The notes below the pieces were generated by a model. It saw only the letters and a program-made list of their open reading frames with translations. It was not told the DNA's origin and made no database searches. A program made the position numbers and the translations under genes. A DNA stretch of 64,000 nt from Octopus sinensis (taxonomy: Eukaryota): assembly GCF_006345805.1 (NCBI RefSeq), contig NC_043005.1:33170001-33234000 (forward strand). Direction: 5' to 3'. The number at the start of each line of letters is the position of its first letter. The stretch's first letter is position 1. Shown here one piece after another: positions 10,233 through 23,707 of this stretch.

Positions 10233-13200
10233 CACACACAAAAAATCCAAGCCCCCTGCAACAGTCAAAACCAGCCACTACACTAACCTCCACATTCCTA
10301 CTCAATGCACAAGGTGTCAGCCCTTCCATCAATGCACAAAAATGGAAGGTCCAATTCATTGAAGACTGGGTTGGTAACCATTCACACCACATCCCTTTCT
10401 TCATTCTCACTGAGACCCACCTTGACAACTCCCACTTGGAAGCCGAAGTGAGAGTGAAGAATTTCACAACCATCCGCGCGGATCGTATCGGCAGGAGGAA
10501 GGGTGGAACTGCCATTTTCCTGCATGATTCATTTACGGCAGATGGAAATAGTATATTCTCCAACGGCTACTGTGAATCAGTCACCGTGCACAACAAAGCC
10601 AATGACCTGACAGTAATTGGGCTCTATAGGCCGCCCCAAACACCCATACTGTGCTTTAAAGAATGCCTCAACAGCATTAAGTGCTTTATTCAACAGTGCC
10701 ATTCTAGCAACATACTCATGATGGGAGACTTCAATCTACCCTGTGTTGACTGGACTACAAACTGTTTGAAACCAAGCACTCCCGCCTCAACCGCTGACAA
10801 AGAAGCAGCAGAGTCACTTTTCGACTTTACGAATGAGTTTTTCTTGTCCCAACTTGTCCTTGCACCAACAAGACATCAGAACATTTTGGACCTAGTGTTT
10901 AGTAACCACACTAACACTATACATAACGTTACAGTGGAAAAAACCCTTCTTTCAGACCATGACATGGTTCTCTGTAACATGAAATTCCACCAGCCGAAAG
11001 CTAATCCTAGTGACCTTCCTCCAGCCCACCCATTTGACAACATGGATCTCCATAAAGCCAACTGGGATGCAATCAGGAACGAGCTATCAAATGTTGACTG
11101 GTCCTTTACACATACACACATCTCCACCAACCATAAAACATCTTGGCAGATCTTTGTAGACACCGTCACAGACATATGTGCAAAACACTCCCCACCAAGA
11201 CCTGTGAACAAAAAGTGCAGAATCCCCCAAAACAGAAAAACCATTATCAGAAAAATAAAAAGAACAAACAAAAAAATTAACAAACTAAAGTACTGCCAAC
11301 AGCAACACACACATTCGACGGCTATCGCACTGCTTGAATCCAAAAAATATAACCTCCAACAATGCATGAAGACCCTCATCAATAACCAAAGATCAGCTGA
11401 GGAGAAGTGGGCCATTGAAAAAATCAAACTCAACCCCAAAGTGTTCTTTTCATTTGCGAGGAAACGCAGGGTCACTGTCTCCACTGTAGGCCCTCTAATT
11501 GACGAAACTGGCACTCTCCAAGATAATGCCAAATCCATGGCCGAGATACTGCAGAAACAATACTGCTCTGTTTTCAGCAATCCTGATATGGCCGATCTGG
11601 GCTGTATCAGTGATGTCAACCCCCAACACACTATATCGGACGTAACGTTTAGTGCCCCTGATGTCTTAGCGGCGATAAACGAAATAAAACACAATTCAGC
11701 AGTAGGCCCCGATAGGTTCCCTGCTTGTGTCCTGAAGGTGTGTCGACACCAACTTGCATCTCCCCTTGCTAATCTGTGGAGAAACTCACTGGATGCTGGC
11801 TATATTCCAAAAAACCTTCTGTCCCAGTCTGTTGTCCCAGTTTTCAAAAAGGGAAACAAGTCCCTTGCAGTGAATTACCGTCCGATCTCACTCACCTCTC
11901 ATATCATCAAGGTATTTGAGAGGGTGGTGAGATCTCGAATAACCCAATTTCTGGAAAGCAACAGACGGCTGATCTCCAACCAACATGGGTTCCGTAATGG
12001 AAGGGACTGCCTAACGCAGCTCCTGCATCACTTTGAGGACATTTTGAGAGCTTTGGGAGAGGGCTCCAACACCGATGTCATCTACCTTGATTTCAGTAAG
12101 GCCTTCGACAGGGTCGATCACAAGATCCTATTGAAAAAACTATCCAACATTGGTGTCTCTGGAAAGTTACTGAAATGGATTAAGTGTTTCCTGACAGACA
12201 GATCTCAACATGTTGTAGTTGAAGGGGTAAAATCAAGCCCAGCCAAAGTCAGTAGTGGCGTTCCGCAAGGCACTGTGCTGGGCCCACTTCTTTTCATCAT
12301 TTACATTAATGACATTAATGACATCATCAAGCACAGCAACATAAAAATCTTTGCAGATGACTCCAAGCTACAGAAGGTCATAAATGAGGCGAGTGACCGG
12401 ACATGCCTTCAGTCAGATCTACTGGCTGTTATCCAATGGGCAGAAAAAAACAATATGCTGCTGAACGAGGATAAATTTGAGCTAATCCACTTTGGAAAAG
12501 AGGATGCCCTGAAACTCCCATACTCCCTTCCTTCAGGTGAAACTCTCGCGGCGTCCAACAACATCAGAGACTTGGGAGTAATTGTGGACAACAACGTAAG
12601 CTGGGCCACTCATATAAACACCAAAGTTGACATGGCCCGCAGAATGTGTTCCTGGATTCTCAGAACTTTCCAGTCGAGAGATATCCACACCATTATCCTT
12701 CTCTTCTCCACTTTTGCCCGACCCCACCTTGAATACTGTTGTCCACTGTGGTCTCCCCACACAATACAAGGTATCATAAAAGTTGAAGCACCTCAAAGGG
12801 CAATCACAAAAAAGATAGATGGCATGACAGGCCTCGACTATTGGGGTCGACTAGAAAAGCTAAAACTCTATTCTCTCCAACGTCGTCGTGAGCGCTACAT
12901 CATCTGCATGATGTGGAAAATATTCCATCAGCATTGCCCAAATGATGTTGGCATCACCTTTAAGGTACATCCAAGGCTTGGGCCCCGTGCCATCCGCCCA
13001 AAACAAAAAACAAAAATCGCACTCTCATCTCATAACAACAATACGGCACAATTATTTCACCTCAATTGGCCCCGCTCTCTTTAACATTACACCAAAACAC
13101 ATTAAAACAGAAACTGACCCTATAGGGTTCAAGAAGTCTTTGGACAGATTCCTTCAAGAAATCCCGGATAAACCCCCTACACCCGGATATGTCTCTGTAA

Positions 13201-13244
13201 ACAATAACTCTCTACTTGAGTGGGCCATAGTGCCCAAATTCTGA
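10118..13244 (+). CDS. LINE ORF2: AP endonuclease + reverse transcriptase (one +1 A in an A-run near 13015)
   Basis: The supplied ORF 10202-13084 has LLNAQG, LTETHL, MGDFN, SDH, YRPISLTS, YLDFSKAFD, GVPQGTVLGP and FADD. The true C-terminus continues in the 12942-13244 frame (RHNYFTSIGPALFN...LDRFLQEIPD). The frame is open from 10106. Confidence 0.93.
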
Positions 13245-13334
13245 CTTGAAAGACTTCACCAGGTGGTGCTATTAAGTTAGACATGGCCTGGGCCAATAAT
13301 GGCCGAAGCCTATCAAAGTATCAAAGTATCAAAG

Positions 13335-13352
13335 TATATATATATATATATG

Positions 13353-13401
<49 letters not shown>

Positions 13402-13402
13402 A

Positions 13403-13454
<52 letters not shown>

Positions 13455-13481
13455 CATATATATATACATATATATATATAC

Positions 13482-13553
<72 letters not shown>

Positions 13554-13600
13554 AATGAGAGAGAAGAGGAAGAGGGTGAGAGAGAGAGAGCATATATAGT
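13335..13600. repeat. (TA)n and (GA)n microsatellites
   Basis: Seen directly. Confidence 0.95.
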
Positions 13601-14040
13601 TATATATAAACTTACATAAATGCATACTTTCTTACAAACATACACACACGAAACATAATCAGCAGCTGCTCTAAAATGTTATGTAGCTATTACCTATGAA
13701 GCATGCTGTTCTTGGTAAAACAATACACAAGACAAACCGTTGGAACCCCTACCTTGGGATAAATATCAGGAATATTATCAACATTGAGTACATTTACACA
13801 TTGGAACAGAAGTAATCTTAGTGGAACATTCCAATGAAAATCTCCGCCAAATGCGAACACCACATGCGCAACAAAAGAAAACAGAAATACTGTAGAGGCC
13901 TGTTACTCAGTAGGTGTGAAGATTTCATTGAAAACCAGCGAGAAAGAGAACAGTTTCACAATCTACAAATTCCTTTGAAAGACTATAAATTGCCATTTGT
14001 TCCTGCAATCGTTGGCTCACGTAAATATCTTACCGAATGA

Positions 14041-14143
14041 GTAGAAAAGTTGTGATTCTTGTCCAGTCACCGAAGTTGAGCAACGTCTAGCCTAGTTAGT
14101 ACTTAGATGGGTTAGCGTTTGGGAATCCTAGATGTTATAAACA
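14041..14143 (+). pseudogene. 5S rRNA-derived pseudogene (5' end missing or diverged)
   Basis: TCACCGAAGTTGAGCAACGTCTAGCCTAGTTAGTACTTAGATGGGTTAGCGTTTGGGAATCC aligns with invertebrate 5S (TCACCGAAGTTAAGCAACGTCGAGCCCGGTTAGTACTTGGATGGGTGACCGCCTGGGAATAC, from memory), with many substitutions. Confidence 0.85.
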
Positions 14144-14159
14144 TATTTTCTTTGTAAAG

Positions 14160-14460
14160 GCGTAGGCATACTGTGTGTTTAAGAAGCTTGATTTACAAAG
14201 ACGTGATTTCGGGTTCTGTCCCACTGCTCGGTATCTTTGACTAATGTTTTCTACTATAGCCAGAGCCGATCAAAGCTTTAAGATGTGCTTTGTGTTCTCG
14301 TAACTAGGCAATTCGGCAAAAAAAGAAAACCGGTAGAATAAGTACTACATTTTAAAAAATTACTGGGGTCAATTTGTTCGTCTAAAATGCTTCAAAGCAT
14401 TGCTCTAGTATGGACGCAATTCATAGACTGGAACACATAAACAATAAAAGATTTCAAGAT
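14160..14460 (+). mobile_element. SINE family A, diverged copy
   Basis: Head GGCGTAGGCATACTGTGTG...GGGTTCTGTCCCACTG and tail remnants match 1381-1830. Confidence 0.7.
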
Positions 14461-14744
14461 TTAAGAAAATAAATTATCAAATACATATGGGTGAAAATTC
14501 AATGTTTAAGAACAATTAAAATATGTGAGACTTTTCTAAAGTTTGGTATGCACCTCTTTATTGTAGATGTTGATGTCTACTCCGCAGATGGTGAGGACAG
14601 TGAGTTTCATAGTTAGAATGTGATTCTTTTGTATATGAGGAATCTAAAAAGTCCGAAAAGTCTTTCATGTGTACACATATTCACACGTGTTTGTGTGTAC
14701 GTGTGTGTATAGACACAGGTAAAAATATATAGGCTATATGCTAA

Positions 14745-14975
14745 AAGGCGACGAGGTGGCAGAATCGTCAGCGCGTTGCAGAAAATGTTTAGCGGCATTT
14801 CGTCCGTTTTTACACTCTAAGTTCGAATGCTACCGGGATTGACTTTGCTTTTCATCCTTTGGGGTCGATAAAATAAGTATTAGTTGAACACTGTAGTCGA
14901 TGTAATCGACTTACTTTCCACCCCCAGCCCCGAAACTGCTTGCCTTGTGCTAAAATTTCAAACCAAATATTTCAA
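14745..14975 (+). mobile_element. tRNA-derived SINE, family B
   Basis: GGCGACGAGGTGGCAGAATCG...GACTTTGCTTTTCATCCTTTTGGGGTCGATAAAATAAGTA...GTCGATGTAATCGACTT, matching copies at 47.8 and 54.2 kb. Confidence 0.8.
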
Positions 14976-15289
14976 TATGCTAAACATAATTTTTGTTTTT
15001 ATCCTTTTAATGGTTTCAGTCGTAGGACTACAGCTGTACTGGAGCACGACCCTAATTTATTTTCTTTTACCTTTGTTGTCGCTTTATGGTGGAAGTTGGT
15101 CTATGATTGAGTTTGCAGTGACTGATCTTCTCTGAATGAATCTTTGAATGGTTGGCTGGTCTGATATAGTCGTTAACAGTTTATATGTTGTTTGTTTTTA
15201 TGTTTCACACCAGCCAAGCATTAGAAACAATTCTTCACCCTCTTTCTCTCTCTCTTTCTCTCTCTCCTTCTCCCTCTCTTTCTCTTTCG

Positions 15290-15470
15290 TTAGGTCATCG
15301 GATACTGTTTCAGTCATTAGACTGTGACCATGCTGAAGCACTGCATTTAGGAATTATTCTTTGTAAGCCTAGTACTTATTCTATCGGTCTCTTTAGCCGA
15401 ACCGCTAAAGTATTGGGATGTAAACACACCATCATCGGTTGTGATGGTGGAAGGCAAACACAGACACATA
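15290..15470 (-). mobile_element. SINE family A, 3' half
   Basis: TGTTTCAGTCATTAGACTGTGACCATGCTG...CTTTGTAAGCCTAGTACTTATTCTATCGG matches 1400-1560. Confidence 0.75.
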
Positions 15471-15959
15471 AATACACACACACACACACACACGCGCATA
15501 CACACATATGTGCATAATTAGTCACAATGAGGATATTCAAACCTCTTATGAGGATATTTATCCAAGATAAACTGGTTTAATATATTAAATTTTGGAGAGA
15601 AAATCTTTCAATGGATATAATATTATATAGAATATCGTAAGATATTAGACATTTTTATCGAGTTAGAAAACAGAGATCTAATGGTTATAAATTAAAATAT
15701 TAATTAATCAACATATTAACCAATAATTGTTTCATTTCTCAAATAAGATTAAATTACAAATCATATATAAATATCTACTTCCGCATTTTAATTACCTTAT
15801 AAAGAAAATCGTCACGGTCTTCAGAGGACAATCAGGATTACATTAGGATACTTTTGGAATATACAGAATATATAAACATGTTTACTATGCGCGTATGTAT
15901 GTCTGTGTACACATGCATAAAATTATTCCTTTTATTTCAGTTTAATACTAGTAATATTA

Positions 15960-16472
15960 ACATGAAAGATCGCTCAATGCAGAACGGTTCCGAAAAGAAG
16001 CAGTTCACCCGAACTATCGATTCGATGTTACTATATAAAGCGGTGATTCAGCCACGGAAGGTCGGGCCGAAACTAGCCGTCGCAAGGACCGACGCCAGAT
16101 ACTAATGGACAACCTTATCGAACGCTTTTAATTGGTCTAAATGGACCTTAGCCCCATCCTTGCCAGGAATTCTATTTACACTCTCTAAAGCATAGCGGAG
16201 AAAGTGAAACGTCCTGCCAAGGATGGCACATGTTTATGCCTCCCCGACAAGTCTACTCACGACTCGCGGCAACCATTTTGCTAAAGCCTTGGCCAAAATC
16301 TTCAACTCTGCGTTAAGCAGAGTTGTGGGCCTAAAATTATCAACTACGTCCCCCTTGTTTGGGTTCTTTCTTAGCATCATCACCCCCCACCCAGGTCACA
16401 GGCAAGGAAATCCTCCCATTCTGCTGCCAGTTGGTATAGACGCATGCAAGTAGGTGCCCAAACAAGTCTGGT
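15960..16472 (-). mobile_element. Tx1/L1-clade RT fragment
   Basis: [44 protein letters not shown] and WITALYSNIESIVRVN. Confidence 0.85.
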
Positions 16473-16535
16473 ATACATATACATATATATATATACATAT
16501 ATGTATATATATATATATGTAATATATACATATAT

Positions 16536-16566
<31 letters not shown>

Positions 16567-16631
16567 ATATGCATACACACATATATATATTATGATACAC
16601 ACACACACACCATATATATAATATATAAATA

Positions 16632-16693
<62 letters not shown>

Positions 16694-16697
16694 CAAT

Positions 16698-19600
16698 TAT
16701 TGCCAACCCATCAATTATTGCCCAAAATGGAAGATCCCATATATAGAGAGTTGGCTTGCCGAAATGGCACATTGCTTCCCTTTCTTTATCCTTACCGAGA
16801 CTCACCTGAACAACACCCATATGGACGCAGAGGTGAAAATAAAAGATTTCACCATTGTTCGTGCGGATCGCACAGACCGAAATAAGGGAGGGACAGCCAT
16901 CTTTATCCAAGACTCCTTTTCACTTGATGCCAAGGACACATTTTCCAATGGCTACTGTGAATCAGTATACAACAAAGCCAAGGACATAACCATTGTTGGT
17001 CTTTACAGGCCTCCCCAGGCACCTCTAAAGTACTTTGAAGAGTGCCTTAGCAAAGTCAAGTCCTTCCTTCGGAAGTACCACTCCGGAAACATAATAGTGA
17101 TGGGTGATTTTAACCTCCCTCATGTGAACTGGCCCACAAATACTCCGAAGTTAGGCAAGTGCTCTACATCAGATAGAGCAGCAGCAGAACTGCTCTTTAA
17201 TCTGATGGATGAGTATTTCCTGACTCAGCTAGTGCTTGAACCAACGAGACAGAATAAAACGATCTTGGATCTCGTACTGACCAATCACTCTAGCTACGTT
17301 CACAGCATTTCAGTCGAAAAAACTCTCCTCTCAGACCACGACATGGTACTCTGCAATCTTAATTCCCGACGTATAAAAACTAAACCAGCCAATCCCACTC
17401 CATGGCACCCATTTGACAACATAAATTTCCACAAAGCGGACTGGGGAACAATCAGAAAGGATCTGTCTTCCATCGACTGGTCTTTTACTCTCAATTCCCC
17501 TCATATTGAGACCGCGTGGCAGCACTTTGAAACCATTGTCACCGACACATGCTCTAAACACGCTCCCAAGAAATCTACTAACACAAACAAAACCGGCTCC
17601 CTAAAAAGAAAAAAACACTCATCAGGCACATCAAAAGACTCAACAAAAAAATCAACCAATTAAAATATTCCCACACGCAACATCCACATTCAACAACAAT
17701 GAAAAGGCTAGAGCTGGAAAAACTTCATCTGCAGACTAACATGAAAACCTCCATTGGAAATCAAAGAGCTGTGGAGGAACAATGGGTAATCAAAAACATC
17801 AAACAGAACCCAAAAGTGTTCTATTCTTATGCAAATAAGCATAGAACCACTGTCTCACCTATTGGGCCATTGATTGATGAAAACGGCATTCCCCAACACG
17901 ATGCTAAAGAAATGGCAGAAATACTGCAGAAACAATATTGCTCTGTCTTCAGTGTTCCCACTGATATTGATGTGAGGGAAACGAACGAAGCTGACTCCCA
18001 ACACAAAATCGCAGACATAACCTTCACTGCCACCGACATCGTAGCAGCAATAAATGAGGTCAAACATTACTCTGCTGTAGGCCCTGATAGATTTCCCGCC
18101 AGTCTCCTGAAGGAATGTAGATATCAACTTGCAGCCTCTGACCAACCTCTGGAGAAACTCGTTAGACGCAGGTTATATACCGAAAAAGTTTCTATCCCAG
18201 TCGGTCATCCCGGTTTTCAAACAGGGAAACTGATCCTCGCAGTCAACTATCGCCCAATCTCACTCACCTCCCACATCATTAAAGTGTTTGAAAGAGTGTT
18301 AAGATCAAGGATAGCTGACTTCCTGGAGTCCCACAAACTCCTAAATTCAAATCAGCATGGCTTTCGCGGTGGCAGGGACTGTCTAACACAGCTCTTACAC
18401 CACATTGAAGATGTACTCAAAGCCTTGGGAACAGGTTCGAACTCTGACGTCATATACCTTGACTTCAGTAAAGCGTTCGACAGGGTAGACCATAACATCC
18501 TACTCTCAAAATTGGCAAATGTTGGAATCCGTGGAAAAGTTCTACACTGGATTCAGTATTTCCTAGCGAATAGAACACAACATGTTGTAGTTGATGGAGT
18601 CCACTCAAACCCAGCAAAAGTCACCAGCGGTGTTCCCCAGGGAACTGTTTTGGGTCCGCTACTCTTCATAATATGTAAACGACCTTTCCAGTGTCGTACA
18701 TCACTGCAAAGTGAAAATATTCGCTGATGACACTAAGCTCCAGCAAACCGTCAATGAAGAAGCAGAGAACTCAACTCCAGTCTGACCTATATGCTGTGAG
18801 TCAATGGGCAGACAGAAACAAAATGCAACTGAATGAGGAAAAATTTGAGCTGATGCATTTGGGAAGAAATTCCTCACTAAAACAACCATACTCTCTTCCT
18901 TCAGGGGAACCGCTCACAGCCTCTAACAATATCAGAGACCTGGGTGTAATTGTTGATGACGATCTCAGTTGGAGTGCACACATCAACAAGAAGGTCGATA
19001 CAGCTCGTAGGATGAGTTCCTGGATCTTAAGAACTTTCCGGTCCAGAGAACAAGGTGTCATCATACCACTTTTTTCATCCTTTGTACGGCCACACCTTGA
19101 ATACTGCTGCCCACTGTGGTCTCCTCACACAAGACAAAACATCTCCAGAATTGAGTCACCCCAGAGGGCTCTCACTAAACAAATTGAAGGCATGGCTGCT
19201 CTCGACTATTGGGATCGCCTTAAAGCCTTGAAACTTTACTCCCTCCAGCGTCGCCGTGAGCGGTACATCATTTGTACGATGTGAAAATATACCGCCAACT
19301 TTGCCCAAACGACCTAAACATTAGCTTCAAGGTTCATCCGAGACTTGGACCACGGGCTATACGTCCCCTGCCAAATTCAAGATCACAACATACATGTACA
19401 CTGCAACATAATTTCTTTTCCTCAACAGGCCCTGCCCTATTTAACATTGTCCCGAGGGAGATCAAGAGGAAAAGGATCCCATCAACTTCAAACAGAGTCT
19501 GGATAGATTCCTTCAAAGAATACCAGATAAGCCACCCATAATTGGATACAACTCACCCAACAAGAACTCACTACTTGAACAAAACTGGATACAACTCACC

Positions 19601-19712
19601 CAACAAGAACTCACTACTTGAACAAAACTTGACTTAAACAGGATTCGAATAATCCTATCAGGTGGTGCTATTAAGTTAGACATGGCCTGGACCAATCTCT
19701 GGTCGAAACATA
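16698..19712 (+). mobile_element. 5'-truncated CR1-group LINE, diverged relative of 8646-13335
   Basis: APE (FILTETHL, MGDFN, SDH) and RT (YLDFSKAFD, GVPQGTVLGP) are split by several frameshifts. 43-bp tandem duplication at 19543-19628. Same 3'UTR block AGGTGGTGCTATTAAGTTAGACATGGCCTGG as copy 1. Confidence 0.93.
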
Positions 19713-20200
19713 TCTATTTTTTATCTAAGTTCTAAGTTTTATATAATATAAAATCCGTTCTGCCTGTGTGTCTTCTAGGATCTCGGGCATCCTCCATTCG
19801 ATTGCGCTCGAATTTGATATGTAGATACCGACGGTATCAGGGCGTGTATAAGTCTTGAAAAAATTACAAAAATCGATTCCAGGTGAAAATGCGATCGATA
19901 AAGCCGTGGGAATATGCATTCGTACGCGAAAGTACATCAGTTGAAATCCGTCTTTCGCTGGTGTCTCAAATTTAGGTTAAATCAGTGTTTCTCAAAGGGG
20001 AAAATTTCTTATGAATTAACCCCGAAATTGGACCAATAGAAATTTCTATCGGATTGTTTCGAGATGCATAAATTATAATGGTTATTGACAATTTTTGTCT
20101 TTTTTTCGGCATATTTATAAACTTAACCTTTAAAGGTATTTTTTGATATGCTGGCCATTGATAAAATTTTTTTCCCGAAAAAATTTTTATCCTACATTAG
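19712..20200 (+). mobile_element. Probable 5' part of a non-autonomous Helitron-like repeat
   Basis: Starts ATCT..TATATAATATAAAATCCGTTCTGCCTGTGTGTC, resembling the 5' ends of the 21.6 and 22.1 kb elements; no 3' CTAG end found. Confidence 0.35.
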
Positions 20201-20294
20201 TTATATATATATATATAATAAATTAATAAATTAAACATATGCATATATACATACATATATGTACTACCTGCCTCTACATGTATATATACATGCA

Positions 20295-20500
20295 TATATG
20301 GGTACAGGACACCAAAAAAACGTCGAACACAATGAGAAACGAAAACATAAACACAAAACCAAGGGTCTGGACATTTTTCTTAAACAACGAAAAAATAGAG
20401 TACAGGACAAATAACACAAGGAAAATTCCCCTTCTTCAGTCGCCAAGGTTTCATCTACTCTATATATATACAGACACGACAAGTAAATAGACACCCTTAT
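20295..20500. repeat. Interspersed repeat related to 7886-8114
   Basis: Has the TATATGGGTACAGGAC terminus; minus strand reads GAGTAGATGAAACCTTGGCGACTGAAGAAGGGG. Confidence 0.45.
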
Positions 20501-20559
20501 AATCATTAAAATTTACTTAAATCTGAAATTATACATTCAAATTATTTATTAATTATTAT

Positions 20560-21611
20560 AACGTGAATATCTAATATTAGTAGACTCAATTTCACATTTT
20601 TCGATGCAAGGACCCTATTAGGCATGATATTATTCAGATGACAAAATTTTCTCTTGAAGAATTTCTCTCCAAGTTTTATGCAGTAATCTAAAAAGATCTG
20701 GGTTTGAGGAAGCTTTCTTCGTCTTTCTGCGAATTGTCATCCATGTCTGAACTGTATAATGCATCTATGTCTGAACTGTATAATGCAAAAAACAAACTAC
20801 TGTTGTGACTCACAGCCATTTGAATTTGATCGCGTGACCACTTGTGGAAGCTACGCTCGCCACCTGCAATAAGCTCCCCACCTGTATTCTCTCCTCCGTT
20901 TAGTGGGACGAGTAAATACAAGGTGACCCAGAATTTATGTGCTGCAGCCTCTGCAGCTCGTGCTGCAGCCTCTGCAGTTCGTGCAGCAGCAGTTGAGGAA
21001 GTATTTCTTTTTCGGTGTGCTGAACGTTGCTCTCTCGGCGGCTCGTTGCGCAGTAATATGTGCTAACCGATCACAACGCTGCTCTTCACTTTCCCTTCTT
21101 CGCGCTGAAACCATCCTAAGTGCATTGATAGTAAAATGTAATTGGCAAAAATGTTGATCAAATTGACCGAATTAAGGATTTTAAATTTGGGGTAAGAATT
21201 TTGAAGTGGCTAGTTTAAATTGGAATAATTATGTGAAAAAGAGCGCTCACGTGAAAACAGGGGCAAATCGTAACTCGCAAATGAATACTGCTGGCAGTAC
21301 CATGCAAGCAGTCGATAAGAGCTCGCCACAGCTGACAAAGTAAAGTATTGATTTTTTCCAGCTGGGTGTGTATCATGGTTTTTCGCTGGCTCAAACCAAA
21401 TCCCAGGCGAATTGAGAGTAGTCTATTTATGTTGAGGGCGCGGAATTTCGAGGAAAACATTATAAGAAAAGGTGTCCTAAGTCAAAGAGAGCACGCATGT
21501 CAAATTTGGTGAAATTCGATTGAAAATTGTAAAAGTAGAAGTGGTTCACACAAGACACACTCACACACACACATACACACACACAGACAACTTGCCTTTT
21601 AATATATAAGA
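20560..21611 (-). mobile_element. Helitron-derived element with decayed RepHel N-terminal coding remnant
   Basis: 5' TCTTATATATTAAAAGGCAAGTTGTCTGTG begins at 21611; RRRESEEQRCDRLAHI-like translation near 21100; 3' end not resolved. Confidence 0.55.
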
Positions 21612-21613
21612 TA

Positions 21614-22126
21614 CTAGCAGTATCGCCCGGCGTTGCTCGGGCTTGTAAGGGAAATAACTATATAAGCATTTTTAGTGAGTTATAGCAAAAACATGCATTA
21701 AAAATGGAATAAAAAATGATGGTAATTTTGGTGTCTTCAAGCCATGAAGTCGTTGTTCTAAAAGAACGCTGGTCTCCTTGACAATGCTTTACGACGTTGA
21801 TTTCCTTACACTCCCTTCCCCACAGCTTCACGAGGGAGGGACGAAGGGGGAGAAGCAAACAGGTGCAGGTGTGACCATGGACGCCAACTCCGCCGCCATC
21901 GACACACGAAATAATATGCATTAAAATGGAATAAAAAATGATGTTAAATTATTTTTAAAATCGTAGACTCATCGTAGACGCGCGCTAATACCCAGACGGG
22001 CTCGATAAAAATCACGACTATAAGATACCCGAATTTGGTTAAACTGCACCGCAAAATGTGGGAGTAGTTAGGAATCTAAATCGAAGGGGACAGACACTCA
22101 CACAACTACAGTTTTATATATATAGA
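21614..22126 (-). mobile_element. Non-autonomous Helitron, complete (513 bp)
   Basis: Minus strand runs A|TCTATATATATAAAA ... CCCGAGCAACGCCGGG hairpin ... CTAG|T, the canonical 5'-TC, 3'-hairpin-CTAG and AT target. Confidence 0.85.
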
Positions 22127-22892
22127 TATATATATTTATTGTTATTTTTACTTTTACTCTTATTCTTTTTTATCTTATCTTTATTTTATTTTTCATCGTG
22201 TATGCATTAATCTATATACCTAAAGAAGCAACTTAGAAGATAACATTTATACCAATACACTTGCATATTAATGTATAAATTATTGACATCCATACTTGAA
22301 TCGTGTATATATATACGTAAGCACATACGCACATACGAATACAAACATGAGAATAAATTATATTTCACTTTTATTTTCTTTTATTCATTATCTTACTTTA
22401 CTCTTATATATTATAACCCATTATTCATGATTATTATTATTGTTGAATTAAAAATAAAGTAATAATTTTAACGCACACACACACATAAATACGCACATAA
22501 TAAACATGTCTATATATTCTGAGTATTCCAAGCATATTTTAATGCAATCCTTGTACACCCTGATGATTTTCCATACAAGGTATTTAAAATGCAAAAATAT
22601 ATATATCTATATATGTTTTGTAATTTTGATGCTGTTTGTGAATTGAAACAATTGTAGGTGAATATGTTAATTAATAAATTAATTAGTATCCATTAGATCT
22701 CTCTGTTTTCTAACTTGAATATAATATTTGATACTTTATGATATTTTATATAATATATTCATTGAAGAAATATCTCTTCATAATATATATTAAACCAGTG
22801 ATCTTGGATAAAAAATATTTCTATAAGAGGTTTAAATATCCTCATTGTGACTATATATATATACATATTTATATATATATATATATATATAT

Positions 22893-22939
<47 letters not shown>

Positions 22940-23038
22940 TACATACAGACATACACACACATTCATTTTTACACATACCTATGTATATGTATAACATAAA
23001 TAAAAGTGTGTGTGGTGTGTGTATGTGTGTGTGTGTGT

Positions 23039-23130
<92 letters not shown>

Positions 23131-23707
23131 TGTGTGTGTGTAAACTAAACAAAAGTAGATAAAAGATTATATATTTGTCTGTTATGCCTGTCAATATAAC
23201 ACGATGTTGATATAGTTGCCACAGTATTTATTTTCATTTCAGATACAACCAAGATAGGGTGTAACACCTATGACTTAAAGAACAGTTTCACTGTAATGTA
23301 TTTTATTATCTTTCTTTCATTTGAATCATAATATAACACGTTGATATGATTATCCCCATGGAACAAGTTGCGAGCACTGTGCGTGTCAATACTGTTATTC
23401 GGTTTCGAATTTCGGTTGAGTATTTTACTTAGAAAGTTTATCTTTTTGTGGGCGGAATTAATTAACCTTTTTGTAGAATTTTCTGCTTTCCTTTCTCAAT
23501 CTTAAGGAACGTATCTGAATGTTCCTAGAGACTGTCAATGCAAAAGAGATTAAAATCTTGGGAAAATGAGGCAGCGATACTGCTTCGATTCTCATTTCCA
23601 AATAAACCACATGTGTTAAATAAGCCTTTCCCACCTCGAATACTTCCAGCAGAATCTGTATTTCTGTATAGGCGACAAGGGTGGATACGTGGAGTAATAT
23701 AGTTCCA

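Larger units (their letters stand above)
8646..13335 (+). mobile_element. Near-full-length CR1-group (Jockey/CR1/L2 supergroup) LINE
   Basis: 5'UTR, ORF1, APE-RT ORF2, 3'UTR hairpin and (TATCAAAG)3 tail. Embedded in (TA)n on both sides. Confidence 0.93.

Noticed and set aside
9354-11694. Antisense ORFs 9354-9578, 10186-10563 and 10876-11694 as separate genes
   Set aside because: They are shadows of the sense LINE ORFs caused by codon and A-rich strand bias; no domain features.
13914-14020. Open stretch CEDFIENQREREQFHNLQIPLKDYKLPFVPAI as an exon
   Set aside because: Plausible splice dinucleotides but no recognisable homology and no partner exon; needs RNA-seq or a protein search.
15540-15585. 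CTTATGA-GGATA/TATCC-AAGA as a hammerhead
   Set aside because: Both halves of the core are mutated and stem III is absent; too degenerate to support.
13285-19712. LINE 3' hairpin followed by GAAA/GAAG as a hammerhead half
   Set aside because: No CUGANGA upstream in any copy; better explained as the RT-recognition stem-loop.
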